From NCBI GenBank assembly GCA_963793425.1, contig CAWCAG010000001.1, positions 57,455 to 121,454 on the forward strand: a stretch of DNA of 64,000 nucleotides. The letters are read 5' to 3'. Position 1 is the first letter of the stretch, and the number at the start of each line of letters is the position of its first letter. Positions 20,667 to 30,678 of this stretch are shown in pieces. The notes beneath the pieces were generated by a model. That model worked only from the letters and a program-made list of their open reading frames with translations, searched no databases and had not been told where the DNA came from. This DNA is from an uncultured cyanobacterium. Lineage in GTDB: Bacteria > Cyanobacteriota > Cyanobacteriia > Cyanobacteriales > CAWCAG01. The position numbers and the translations under genes are program-made.

Positions 20667-20804
20667 TTAAGTAATGGGTAAGCTAAGCTGTCAGGTATTT
20701 AGATTGTATTGCTAGGGTAGGGGAAACCGGAGCAGTAAAGACATCGGGAGAAATTTAGTTAAGGCAAAAAATCCCAGTTTAAATGCGTCTTAGCTTGATG
20801 GGTA

Positions 20805-22862
20805 TTAGCTATTTGCCAAACCCAAACGGTCTAATAAAAAAGCATACTCAAAAGCTGTTTCTTGCAAAGAGTCATAACGCCCCGATGCACCGCCGTGACC
20901 TGCTCCCATGTTGGTTTTGAGCAATAAGAGGTTCTCATCTGTTTTCATCTCCCTTAACTTTGCTGTCCATTTGGCTGGTTCCCAATATTTAACGCGAGAA
21001 TCATTTAATCCGGCGATTATTAACAGATCCGGGTAAGCTTTTGCTTCTACATTGTCGTAGGGAGAATAGGACTTCATGTAGTCGTAGTAAACTTTATCAT
21101 TGGGGTTGCCCCATTCTTCCCATTCCATAAAAGATAAAGGTAGGGAAGTATCCAAAATTGTGGTCACTACATCAACAAAAGGAACACTGGCGATTCCAAC
21201 TTTGAAAAGATCAGGACGAAGGTTTAACACCGCCCCCATTAATAATCCTCCTGCACTACCCCCAGAAATAGCTAGGCGATCGCAACTTGTCCAGTTCTCT
21301 GCAATTAAATGTTCAGCGCAGGCAATAAAATCTGTGAAGGTGTTTTTTTTCTTAAGGAATTTCCCCTCCTCATACCATTTACGGCCCATTTCTCCGCCGC
21401 CACGAATATGTGCCAAAGCGCAGACTATGCCCCTATCTAATAAAGAAAGACGAATGGAAGAAAAGTAAGCCCAGTAAGGATAACCGTAGGAACCATAACC
21501 AGTTAGGAAAAGGGGATTTTCACCTTCAGTTTTAATTCCTTTTTTATAGACCAAGGAAATAGGAATTTCCGTACCATCTTCAGCAGTGGCAAAAACTCTT
21601 TGGGAAGTATATTGGGTAGGATCATAACCACCAAGAACTTCCGTTTCCTTTTTTAATTCCCTTTTTTTAGTATCAAGGTTGTAATCAAATACTGAAGAGG
21701 GAGTAATAAAAGAACTATAACCAAACCGCCAAACATTGGTATCAAATTCAGCATTGCTACCTTCATAAACAGCATAGGTAGGTTCAGGAAAACTAAGATA
21801 ATGTTCTGCCTCAGTAGCAAGTTGGCGAATCCGTACCGCCGGGAGTCCTGCTTTTCTCTCAAAAATAATCAAATGATTAATAAAAGCACTCACTCCCGAA
21901 ACCATAGCATCTTCGCTATGGGGAATTACTGTTTGCCAATTCTCTTTACTAGGGGCCGTTACAGGGGCTACCATTAACTTAAAATTAATCGCTTCATCGT
22001 TAGTAACAATATAAAAACGATCGCTGTGGTGTTCGATCTCATATTCCATCCCTTGCTGGCGAGGATGAATTACCTGAAAAGAACCAGTAGGATGATTAGC
22101 ATCTAAATAATGGACTTCTGAAGTTATTTTACTATCCAAACTTAAAATTAAATAGGCTTCACTGCGGGTTTTGCCAACAGAAAGGAAGTAGGATTCATCC
22201 CCTTCTTCATAAACTAAAATATCCTCTTCTACCTTTGTTCCTAAAGTATGTCGCCATAATTGATAAGGACGGTTAGTACTATCAACTTTGGTATAAAATA
22301 CAGTGCGGTTATCATTGCCCCAAGCAAAAGAATAATAGGTATCTTGAATAGACTCAGAATAAACTTTTTTAGTAGTTAAATCTAAAAAGTAAAGGATATA
22401 TCGTTCTGCACCACTATAATCTACAGAATAAGCAAGAAGTTGGTGATTAGGACTAACGCTAACAACCCCTAATTCACAAAACTCTTTCCCTTCTGCTAAC
22501 TGATTTTGATCAAGAATTATTTCTTCAGGGGCATCCAAATTTCCTTGTTTGCGGCATTCAATAGAGTAGGGCTTGCCTTCTTCTGTGCGGGAATAATAAA
22601 AATATGCTCCTTCACGATAAGGTACAGAAAGATCAGTTTCTTTAATCCGCCCCAACATCTCTTTGTAAAGGGTTTGCTGCAATTCAACAGTATGGGCCAT
22701 CACTTTTTCTGTATAGGCATTCTCCGCCTCCAAATAAGCAATAGTTTCCGCTTGTTGAGCATGGCGCAACCAAAAGTAATTATCTATCCGTTTGTCACCA
22801 TGATTTACCAATTCTTCAGGGTGCTTTTTGGCTTGAGGAACTTCTGCTTTTTGGTTCACCAC
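20805..22862 (-). CDS. ptrB: Oligopeptidase B / protease II (S9A prolyl oligopeptidase family)
   Basis: 685 aa with an N-terminal propeller region. The catalytic serine motif is ISGGSAGGLLMG, followed by a C-terminal Asp and His (NMGAGHGG). Confidence 0.9.
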   Translation of the reverse strand: MVNQKAEVPQAKKHPEELVNHGDKRIDNYFWLRHAQQAETIAYLEAENAYTEKVMAHTVELQQTLYKEMLGRIKETDLSVPYREGAYFYYSRTEEGKPYSIECRKQGNLDAPEEIILDQNQLAEGKEFCELGVVSVSPNHQLLAYSVDYSGAERYILYFLDLTTKKVYSESIQDTYYSFAWGNDNRTVFYTKVDSTNRPYQLWRHTLGTKVEEDILVYEEGDESYFLSVGKTRSEAYLILSLDSKITSEVHYLDANHPTGSFQVIHPRQQGMEYEIEHHSDRFYIVTNDEAINFKLMVAPVTAPSKENWQTVIPHSEDAMVSGVSAFINHLIIFERKAGLPAVRIRQLATEAEHYLSFPEPTYAVYEGSNAEFDTNVWRFGYSSFITPSSVFDYNLDTKKRELKKETEVLGGYDPTQYTSQRVFATAEDGTEIPISLVYKKGIKTEGENPLFLTGYGSYGYPYWAYFSSIRLSLLDRGIVCALAHIRGGGEMGRKWYEEGKFLKKKNTFTDFIACAEHLIAENWTSCDRLAISGGSAGGLLMGAVLNLRPDLFKVGIASVPFVDVVTTILDTSLPLSFMEWEEWGNPNDKVYYDYMKSYSPYDNVEAKAYPDLLIIAGLNDSRVKYWEPAKWTAKLREMKTDENLLLLKTNMGAGHGGASGRYDSLQETAFEYAFLLDRLGLANS

Positions 22863-22970
22863 GGTTATACTACCTCTGCTAATTACCAGTTGTTGAGTTA
22901 TTAATTCAGTCTACGGCAAAGGCTACGCTGTATGGCTGCCAGCTTCAGAAAGAAACACTAGAACAAGGAA

Positions 22971-24479
22971 ATGATTAAACAAGCAATTTTATGTGTCGAT
23001 GACGAACAAATTATTCTCACTAGTCTTAGAGAACAACTTAAACGTCACTTCGGGACAAATTATTATGTAGAAGTTGCTAGTAGTGGTGAAGAGGCCCTGG
23101 AAATTATGGCAGAATTGCTAGCTGAAGAAGTTGAAATACCTTTAGTAATTTCTGATGAAATTATGCCTTTTATGAAAGGGGATGAACTTTTAATTAAAAT
23201 TCATCACCAATATCCTCAAACTTTAAAAATACTTTTAACAGGGCAAGCTACTACCGAAGCGATTGGCAATGCGGTTAATCAAGCGGCTCTCTATCATTAT
23301 ATTTCTAAACCTTGGCAGGAAACTAATCTTTTGCTAACGGTAGGTGAAGCCTTAGAACGTTATAATTTACAACAAGAACTAACTAAGCGCAATCAAGAAT
23401 TAGCTCAACTTAATGCTTCATTGGAACAAAAAGTTAGTGATCGCACTCAAGAACTACAAAAAGCCAAAGAAGCTGCTGAAGTCGCCAGCGAAGCAAAAAG
23501 TACTTTCATCGCTACAGTAAGTCACGAGTTACGCACCCCCCTCAATGCAATTCTGGGCTTTTCTCAAATCCTCAAACGTAGTCCTCAACTTTCTGCCCAA
23601 GATCAGGAAAATGTAAATATTATTAGCCGCAGCGGAGAAAATTTACTAGCAACGATTAATCAGGTTTTAGATTTTGCTAAAATTGAAGCAGGTAGAATGA
23701 CTCTCCACCTTAATAGCTTCGATCTTTATTATCTACTTCTTGAAGTAGATAATATTTTCCATCTTAAAGCATTTAAAAAAGGGCTAGAACTAACTTTTCA
23801 TTGCCAAGAGCAAGTTCCCCAATATATTAAAACTGATGCTGTCAAACTGCGTCAAATTTTATTTAATCTCATTGAAAATGCCATTAAGTTTACTCAAAAA
23901 GGGCAAATAACAGTGAGGCTAGAAACTCAACAAGAAAATTCGGACTACCTTACTTTAATAGTAGAAGATACTGGGACAGGAATTACACCAAAAGAAATGG
24001 ATGATCTTTTTGCTCCTTTTATCCAGACACAAACAGGAAGAGAATCCCAACAAGGAACAGGCTTAGGCTTACCCATAACTCGCCAATATTTGCAATTAAT
24101 GGGAGGAGATATCATCGTTACTAGTTCCCCCCAAGGTAGCCAGTTTACCTGTCAATTCCCTGTTGAAATTGCCAACCCTGAAGAGATTAAAGAAAAACCA
24201 CAAGAAGCAATAAAGATAGAGCAGGAGAAGCCGATTAAGTTTCCTAAAAAAATGCTATTAGAGCAATTGGGGCAAATGCCCCAAACTTGGAGAGAAAAAC
24301 TAAGTAAGGCAACCATATCCGGTTCAGATCACCAGATCCTAGAACTAGTTAAGCAAATCCCCCCAACCAGCACTCCTTTAGCCGAAACTTTGATAACTTG
24401 GACTGAAGATTTTTATTTTGAGCAAATTTTTGACTTACTCCAAGAGCTAAGAAAATGGGATAATTTCGATCAGACCTAA
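22971..24479 (+). CDS. Hybrid response regulator-histidine kinase (REC-coiled coil-HisKA-HATPase)
   Basis: The receiver is ILCVDDE...[14 protein letters not shown]...KILLTG. The H-box is [17 protein letters not shown]1 and G2 boxes are present ([22 protein letters not shown]). Confidence 0.9.
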   Translation: MIKQAILCVDDEQIILTSLREQLKRHFGTNYYVEVASSGEEALEIMAELLAEEVEIPLVISDEIMPFMKGDELLIKIHHQYPQTLKILLTGQATTEAIGNAVNQAALYHYISKPWQETNLLLTVGEALERYNLQQELTKRNQELAQLNASLEQKVSDRTQELQKAKEAAEVASEAKSTFIATVSHELRTPLNAILGFSQILKRSPQLSAQDQENVNIISRSGENLLATINQVLDFAKIEAGRMTLHLNSFDLYYLLLEVDNIFHLKAFKKGLELTFHCQEQVPQYIKTDAVKLRQILFNLIENAIKFTQKGQITVRLETQQENSDYLTLIVEDTGTGITPKEMDDLFAPFIQTQTGRESQQGTGLGLPITRQYLQLMGGDIIVTSSPQGSQFTCQFPVEIANPEEIKEKPQEAIKIEQEKPIKFPKKMLLEQLGQMPQTWREKLSKATISGSDHQILELVKQIPPTSTPLAETLITWTEDFYFEQIFDLLQELRKWDNFDQT

Positions 24480-24500
24480 TCTTGAAGCGTGGGGTAGTAA

Positions 24501-26069
24501 ATGACTTATCGGCGGTTAATTTTAATTATATTGACCTTTTTTGCGATCACGAAGGTGCTTCTTTCTTTAGGGGATAGTTTAGGGCAACCTCAAGTTCAGA
24601 GTCGCTTAGAACTTTATCAAACCAATTTAGTACTTCATAGTGCAGAGTATCAAGTTGAAGGAGAAAATAGTAACTTAACTACCTCTTTAAAAGCTATAAT
24701 CGGCGAAAATCCTTATGCTACAGCCCAAAAGCAGTATGAAAAAGCCCAAGAATTTGCTCAAACCAGTTTAACTAGCTTAAAAGAACAACTCTCACAAGGA
24801 AATAAAACCAATACCTCAGCCCCTAACCAAGAACAAAACACGGTTCCACCTCAACAAACTCTTTCCCCCCAAGAAAAAGCCTTACGCCGAGAAATCTCAG
24901 CTATAGATGAGTTTATCGATAATCTTAATTTACATTTAGGTATACTCCAAGCTCAATTAGGAGAGCCTCAAAAAGCGCAACAAACCTGGCAGAATTCAAT
25001 CAAAAATAACCACAATTCTACTAATGTCCAAACCGCCCAAACCTTAATCAATCTCTGGGATAAATCCCAAAAAGTAAACCCCAACAGCGAATCTCAATTA
25101 GAAAAAAACTTAGATAGCTGGTTTCGCTACCGTAGCTTAAGCAAATTGTACGAAGTACAAAACAAACCAGAAGCCTTAACCCAACTACGAAAACAAGAAC
25201 AAAAAAGAGCAGAACAAGCTTTAATTAAATTAGCTGTAATTAGTGGACTACCAGCTTTAGGGGGAATCTTAGGAGTAACCCTAATTATCTTTTTATTAGT
25301 ACAACTAGCTACTAAAGGTCAACAATCCCTCCTCGCCACTAATCATAATTTAGCTTGGAATACTCCTTGGGATTGGGAAATTACTTGGCAAGTATTAATT
25401 GTCGGCTTCTTTGCCATTAGCCAATTGCTGTTACCTCTGTTACTGCCCCTACTTTTCAGCCTCTTAGGAATTAACCCCGCAACTTTTAGTCTCCGTGCCA
25501 AAGCTTTCTACGTTCTAACTAGCTATTTATTAATGGCTGGGGGTGGGTTTTTAGTACTTTATTTATCCCTGAAAAAATACTTCCCCCTGCCAGAAGATTG
25601 GTTTCGTTTACGGTGGTTAAATAATTGGTTTCTGTGGGGCTTAGGAGGCTATTTAGTTGCCCTTCCCATTGTGGTCATAGTCTCTTTGGTCAATCAACAA
25701 ATTTGGCAAGGGCAAGGGGGCAGCAACCCCATAATCCTTTTAGCCCTCCAATCCCAAGATAAACTAGCTTTGGTCATCTTTTTCTTCACTGCTTCCATTG
25801 CAGCACCTATCTTTGAAGAAATCATCTTTAGAGGCTTCCTGCTACCTTCTTTAACTCGCTATATTCCCGTTTGGACAGCAATTGTCGTGAGTAGCTTAAT
25901 CTTCTCCATTGCCCACCTCAGCCTCTCAGAAGTATTGCCCCTAACTGCATTAGGTATGGTTTTAGGTTTTGTTTACTCGCGATCGCGCAATCTCCTTGCC
26001 CCCATGTTGCTTCATGGTTTATGGAATGGCGGCACTCTGTTGAGTCTGTTTGTCTTAGGTAGTGGTTGA
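24501..26069 (+). CDS. CPBP (CAAX) family intramembrane glutamic endopeptidase with a long N-terminal soluble region
   Basis: Multi-TM C-terminal half with motifs EEIIFRGF, FSIAHLS and HGLWN. Confidence 0.85.
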   Translation: MTYRRLILIILTFFAITKVLLSLGDSLGQPQVQSRLELYQTNLVLHSAEYQVEGENSNLTTSLKAIIGENPYATAQKQYEKAQEFAQTSLTSLKEQLSQGNKTNTSAPNQEQNTVPPQQTLSPQEKALRREISAIDEFIDNLNLHLGILQAQLGEPQKAQQTWQNSIKNNHNSTNVQTAQTLINLWDKSQKVNPNSESQLEKNLDSWFRYRSLSKLYEVQNKPEALTQLRKQEQKRAEQALIKLAVISGLPALGGILGVTLIIFLLVQLATKGQQSLLATNHNLAWNTPWDWEITWQVLIVGFFAISQLLLPLLLPLLFSLLGINPATFSLRAKAFYVLTSYLLMAGGGFLVLYLSLKKYFPLPEDWFRLRWLNNWFLWGLGGYLVALPIVVIVSLVNQQIWQGQGGSNPIILLALQSQDKLALVIFFFTASIAAPIFEEIIFRGFLLPSLTRYIPVWTAIVVSSLIFSIAHLSLSEVLPLTALGMVLGFVYSRSRNLLAPMLLHGLWNGGTLLSLFVLGSG

Positions 26070-26089
26070 AGAAAGTCACAAGTTAAACA

Positions 26090-26635
26090 TTAATGCCATA
26101 ACAATTTTGCTAAAATCCGAGCAATATTTCCGGCATCATCTACTCCACGATGGTGAGTACCTTGTAGAGGTAGGTCAAGTATTTCCAAAGCTTGAGCCAT
26201 ACCGACTTCTTTTGCTAAGCGCCTTTGCAAAGCTAATAAAGTTTTGACGTTAATATGCCTAGTACCAAAAGGATATTTGACCCCACGAGACTTACATTGT
26301 TTAGTAAATTGCTGGCGGTCATATTCCCCATAACTCGCCCAAACTTGTTGCCTTGACTGATACTTATCTTGCAAAATACCACAAGCTTCAGCAAAGGGAA
26401 TTCCTTGGTCAACTTGTTCTTGAGTTAAAGTGGTTAACTCAGTACAAAAATCGCTAACTGTAGAGCATTGCGGCTTAACCAAAATGCCATCTTTTTCTAA
26501 AGGCTTGCCTAACCTAATATCAACAGGACAAATACCTATTTCAATAATTTCGTTTTCCTGTCCAGGCGGTGGTTTACTACTCCAGCAAGTTGCTTCTATA
26601 TCAATAACAAGGATTTGGTCTAATTTTCTAGTCAT
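26090..26635 (-). CDS. DEDDh 3'-5' exonuclease (ERI-1/KapD-like)
   Basis: 181 aa. ExoI is LVIDIEATCW, and the C-terminal motif is HHRGVDDAGNIARIL. Confidence 0.8.
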   Translation of the reverse strand: MTRKLDQILVIDIEATCWSSKPPPGQENEIIEIGICPVDIRLGKPLEKDGILVKPQCSTVSDFCTELTTLTQEQVDQGIPFAEACGILQDKYQSRQQVWASYGEYDRQQFTKQCKSRGVKYPFGTRHINVKTLLALQRRLAKEVGMAQALEILDLPLQGTHHRGVDDAGNIARILAKLLWH

Positions 26636-26706
26636 AGTTGGATAGGTACAGCTACAATTATCTGTAGGGTAAGTTTGTTTAGTTTAAGACAAAATTAAAT
26701 CAAGTT

Positions 26707-27015
26707 ATGAAACAACTTCTTAAACGATACAAGTTCCCACTCTTAGTAATTCTTTCTAGTGTGCTATTTGGTTTTTTGCCAATAATATCAGTAATCTTGG
26801 CTAGCATAATTGCTAATATTGGCGACTGTACTTTACATGAAGGTTATACCAACCCTTGTGAGATTGGCCCATTTGATTTAGGTGAAACTTTATACAGTAT
26901 GTTTGTGGCTGGTTGGTTTATTTTCCTCTCTTTGCCGATAGGATTGTTGGGATTCGCAATTGGCACAGTTTTTTTGTTTGTTAAAGTAACTGCTGAGGTA
27001 AATGAAAAATCATGA
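26707..27015 (+). CDS. Small hypothetical membrane protein
   Basis: 102 aa with three hydrophobic helices. I recognise no family. Confidence 0.4.
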   Translation: MKQLLKRYKFPLLVILSSVLFGFLPIISVILASIIANIGDCTLHEGYTNPCEIGPFDLGETLYSMFVAGWFIFLSLPIGLLGFAIGTVFLFVKVTAEVNEKS

Positions 27016-27068
27016 TCTGTAAGCTTGTAGGGAAAATAGCTCAACTTAAAGGTTTTGAAATACAAGAT

Positions 27069-27695
27069 TTACCCAGGCTTAACACCAACCAATAAAGCCA
27101 TTTCTAACCATTTCCAGTAGCAGTCTACATCAACAAAACCAATTTCAGTCAACCAACCAAGTTGAGTTTCTACATCCAGAAGAATATTAGAAGGATCTTC
27201 GGTTTTTGGAGTACAACCCAGAGTATGGAGAAACTTCTCGTGGAGGTTTGCAGTAGGAGAAGAAACGTGTTCTAAGTTAGCAAAAACTCCCCCTGGTTTA
27301 AGGATATTAAAAATTTCGCTATAGAGCGATCGCTTACGTTGGTTAGAGAGATGATGAATAGCAAAGCTAGAAACTATGGCCTCAAAAGAGCCTAATTCAG
27401 GCAAAGCTTCCTCAAGATTATGGCTAACTATATCTACTTTTGTATCTTCTGCAAATCTATTTTTAACTATCTCTAACATAGTTGGCGAAAAGTCCAGGGC
27501 TACACTCTCAACTTGAGGACGATCAATTTTCAGTAGCCCCAGTAAACGACCATCTCCTGTACCTAAGTCAAGAATACGCTCAACTTTAGTGGGAATCTGC
27601 TCTAGCAGTACAGCTTCTCCTTCTGTACGATGAGGTAAGCTATCTGCCTTGGTTAGATAATCTAGAGCATGGCCGGCACAAGTCCATTGGTTCAT
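27069..27695 (-). CDS. Class I SAM-dependent methyltransferase
   Basis: Motif I is ILDLGTGDGRL, and the post-I acidic residue is in ALDFSPTML. 208 aa. Confidence 0.8.
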   Translation of the reverse strand: MNQWTCAGHALDYLTKADSLPHRTEGEAVLLEQIPTKVERILDLGTGDGRLLGLLKIDRPQVESVALDFSPTMLEIVKNRFAEDTKVDIVSHNLEEALPELGSFEAIVSSFAIHHLSNQRKRSLYSEIFNILKPGGVFANLEHVSSPTANLHEKFLHTLGCTPKTEDPSNILLDVETQLGWLTEIGFVDVDCYWKWLEMALLVGVKPG

Positions 27696-27708
27696 TTTTT
27701 TGTTGCTC

Positions 27709-29007
27709 TTAATCTTCTTGAGTTCTAAACTTTACCGAGTCACCATGGGAAGGTAAACCTTCAGCCTCAGCAAGTAGTTGAATCGCCCTAGACATTTTAT
27801 TCAAAGCCGTAGGGGAATATTGAATCAAGCTAGAGTGCTTCAAAAAAGTTTCTACTCCTAAAGCAGAAGCGTAACGGGCTGCTCCCGAAGTTGGCAAAGT
27901 GTGGTTGGGGCCGGCTAAATAATCTCCCACCGCTTCAGGAGTTGAACTACCTAGGAAGATTGCTCCTGCGTGGCGAATATATTCTAAAGTTGCCCAAGGA
28001 TCTTTAACTTCTAACTCCAAATGTTCTGGGGCAAATAAATTAGAAAGTTCAGCAGCTTCTTCAATAGAACCCACCACCACAATCAAACCATAATTAGCGA
28101 TCGCCTTTTCTGTATACAGACGACGAGGATGATCCTGGAGTTGTCGCTTAACTTCTGCTTGAACTTTGGTTGCTAATTCTGTTTCTGTAGTTAAAAGGAT
28201 CGCAGCAGCCATGGGGTCATGTTCTGCTTGGGCTAACATATCTGTAGCCACATAAACTGGCTTAGCACTGCGGTCTGCAATAATTAGCACTTCTGAAGGC
28301 CCAGCTAAAGAATCAATACCCACTGTGCCGTAAACCATTTTCTTAGCCAAGGTGACATAAATATTACCCGGTCCAGTAATAATATCTACCTTGGGAATAG
28401 TTTCCGTTCCATAGGCTAAGGCAGCGATCGCTTGGGAACCACCAACACGATAAATTTCCTCAACTCCAGCCTCCGTAGCTGCTACCAACACAGCAGAATT
28501 AATTCTGCCCTCTGCCCCTGGCGGCGTTACCATCACCAAGCGAGGAACTCCAGCTACTTTCGCCGGAATAGCGTTCATCAATACAGTACTAGGATAAGAA
28601 GCTTTGCCCCCAGGTACGTAGATGCCTGCCTTATCCACAGGAGTATAGCGCTTACCTAAAACCACCTCATCTTCAGCAAAATGCACCCAAGACTGGGGAA
28701 TTCTTTGGCGATGAAAATCTTCTATACGCTTAGATGCTAACCCAATAGCATCTATTAATTCTTTATTAACTTGCTGATAAGCAGCATCAATTTCTGAACC
28801 GCTAACCCGGAGTTGTTCAGGCTTTAAAACTTGCCGATCAAACTTCGCTGTGTAATCTAGAAGACCTCTGTCTCCTTGAAGCTTGACAGTTCGTAGGACT
28901 TCGCGAACAACTTCCTCTTTCGAGTGGATCTCGAAATCAAAATTGCGATCGCAGATTCGCCGCAGTTCAGTTTTTGCCTCAGCCTGCTGAGTGATAATTC
29001 GCAGCAT
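27709..29007 (-). CDS. hisD: Histidinol dehydrogenase
   Basis: 432 aa. HisD motifs are GKASYPSTVLMNAIPAKVAGV, AGPSEVLIIAD, QAEHDP and NHTLPT. Confidence 0.95.
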   Translation of the reverse strand: MLRIITQQAEAKTELRRICDRNFDFEIHSKEEVVREVLRTVKLQGDRGLLDYTAKFDRQVLKPEQLRVSGSEIDAAYQQVNKELIDAIGLASKRIEDFHRQRIPQSWVHFAEDEVVLGKRYTPVDKAGIYVPGGKASYPSTVLMNAIPAKVAGVPRLVMVTPPGAEGRINSAVLVAATEAGVEEIYRVGGSQAIAALAYGTETIPKVDIITGPGNIYVTLAKKMVYGTVGIDSLAGPSEVLIIADRSAKPVYVATDMLAQAEHDPMAAAILLTTETELATKVQAEVKRQLQDHPRRLYTEKAIANYGLIVVVGSIEEAAELSNLFAPEHLELEVKDPWATLEYIRHAGAIFLGSSTPEAVGDYLAGPNHTLPTSGAARYASALGVETFLKHSSLIQYSPTALNKMSRAIQLLAEAEGLPSHGDSVKFRTQED

Positions 29008-29223
29008 GGAGTCAATAGTGCCAATTCTAGCGATTAACCAATGAATGTGAGAAAGGCTTTATGTAGAACAAAATTCTACTTTTGCTTTAACCCACTTCTA
29101 TAGCTTAACTCGGATTTTTTAGTGCTTGCACTTCTAGAGCAATAATATCCTTGAATTAAATTGCCACAGAAATGTTATACTGTTCGCTCTAAGTAACTAC
29201 AAAAACTTTTTGTCTAGACAACA

Positions 29224-29514
29224 GTGGCCAACAGTAAGTCAGCAATCAAACGTATCCAAATCTCCGAAAGGAACAGACAGCGCAACAAAGCCTATAAGTC
29301 AGCGGTGAGAACTCTGATGAAAAAATGCTTTAGCGCAACTCAAGAATATGCCACCAATCCTAGCTCCGAAGCTCAGGAAAAGGTACAGCAAACCATGTCC
29401 GAGGCCTACCAAAAAATAGATAAAGCTGTTAAGCGCAAAGTTTTACACGCTAATAACGGGGCCCGCAAAAAGTCTCGTCTCGCCAAAGCTGTCAAACAAG
29501 CAACAGCATCATAA
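29224..29514 (+). CDS. rpsT: 30S ribosomal protein S20
   Basis: GTG start. [29 protein letters not shown] is the canonical S20 N-terminus. Confidence 0.9.
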   Translation: MANSKSAIKRIQISERNRQRNKAYKSAVRTLMKKCFSATQEYATNPSSEAQEKVQQTMSEAYQKIDKAVKRKVLHANNGARKKSRLAKAVKQATAS

Positions 29515-29556
29515 AAGCACAATTCCCTTGAAGTTTTTAGGTGGGAACCAGTAAAA

Positions 29557-30339
29557 ATGCAGCTAATAGATAGCCATGTTCACATCAACTTTGATGTTTT
29601 TCAGGAGGATTTAGATGAGCTGCAAAAACGTTGGCAAGAAGCGGGAGTAGTACATCTAGTTCACTCCTGCGTCGAGCCAAAGGAATTTTCTAGTATTCAA
29701 GCTTTAGCCAATCGCTTTGAAGAACTTTCCTTTGCTGTGGGGTTGCACCCCCTTGACGCTGAACAATGGAATAACCAAACAGCGGAGCAAATCCAGACTT
29801 TAGCCAAAAGTGATAACCGAGTTGTAGCAATTGGGGAAATGGGACTCGATTTTTACAAAGCGGAGAATCAGCAACAGCAAAAGTTGGTATTGGAAGAACA
29901 ACTGAAAATTGCCCTCAAATTAGACAAACCCGTGATTATTCATTGTCGAGATGCTGCTGTTACCATGAGGGGGATTTTGCAGGATTACAAGCAGCAAAAT
30001 AGTTCTTTACAAGGAGTAATGCACTGCTGGGGGGGAACAAAAGAAGAAACAAAATGGTTTTTGGACTTAGGCTTTTACATCAGTTTCAGCGGCATTATCA
30101 CCTTTAAAAATGCTAAACAAGTCCAAGAATCAGCCCAACAAGTTCCGAGCGATCGCCTATTAGTTGAAACAGATTGTCCTTTTCTGGCTCCAGTTCCCCG
30201 CAGAGGGAAGCGTAACGAACCAGCTTTGGTACGTTATGTTGCTGAATACTTAGCCCAACTGCGCCAAGTATCCCTAGAAACCCTCGCCAATCAGACCACA
30301 GCTAATGCCTGCGAGCTATTTGGTATTGCTCTAAATTAA
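29557..30339 (+). CDS. tatD: TatD family metal-dependent hydrolase/DNase
   Basis: [25 protein letters not shown] and ETDCPFLAP are typical TatD motifs. Confidence 0.9.
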   Translation: MQLIDSHVHINFDVFQEDLDELQKRWQEAGVVHLVHSCVEPKEFSSIQALANRFEELSFAVGLHPLDAEQWNNQTAEQIQTLAKSDNRVVAIGEMGLDFYKAENQQQQKLVLEEQLKIALKLDKPVIIHCRDAAVTMRGILQDYKQQNSSLQGVMHCWGGTKEETKWFLDLGFYISFSGIITFKNAKQVQESAQQVPSDRLLVETDCPFLAPVPRRGKRNEPALVRYVAEYLAQLRQVSLETLANQTTANACELFGIALN

Positions 30340-30678
30340 TTGAAAACTTCCTGTTTTGCTCTTGAATTTTAAGTCATAATAGTTAAAGGAGTAACTAGCA
30401 AGAAAATCAAGCTAGTGGATGATGGGAAAATTTCGCCCCTAACAACATCTAACCGAAGAAAATGAGAGCAGCTCTACTTCACTACATAAACTAACCGTAA
30501 GTGAAAACGCAACATCAAAAAACTGCAAGCAAAAAAGTTGAAGATATCAACTAAAATCAACCATTGGTAATCAGTCTCCTGTCTAAAGATTGATTGCTTT
30601 TTGCTGCTGTTAGGGACAACATAATAAAAAAATTCCTAACCCCCTTGCCCCTCAAGATATATAACTGCCAAAAAACCT

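Noticed and set aside
19744-22862. A search for dndB/C/D, dndFGH or other phosphorothioation partners around the DndE-like gene
   Set aside because: The neighbours are a DUF2062 membrane protein gene and ptrB. No ATPase, PAPS-reductase-like DndC or SMC-like DndD is present here. The cysH at 2952-3773 is a normal-sized PAPS reductase 16 kb away, not dndC.
26062-26247. 61-aa plus-strand ORF after the CPBP protease gene
   Set aside because: It is entirely antisense to the 3' part of the DEDDh exonuclease gene and has no motif.
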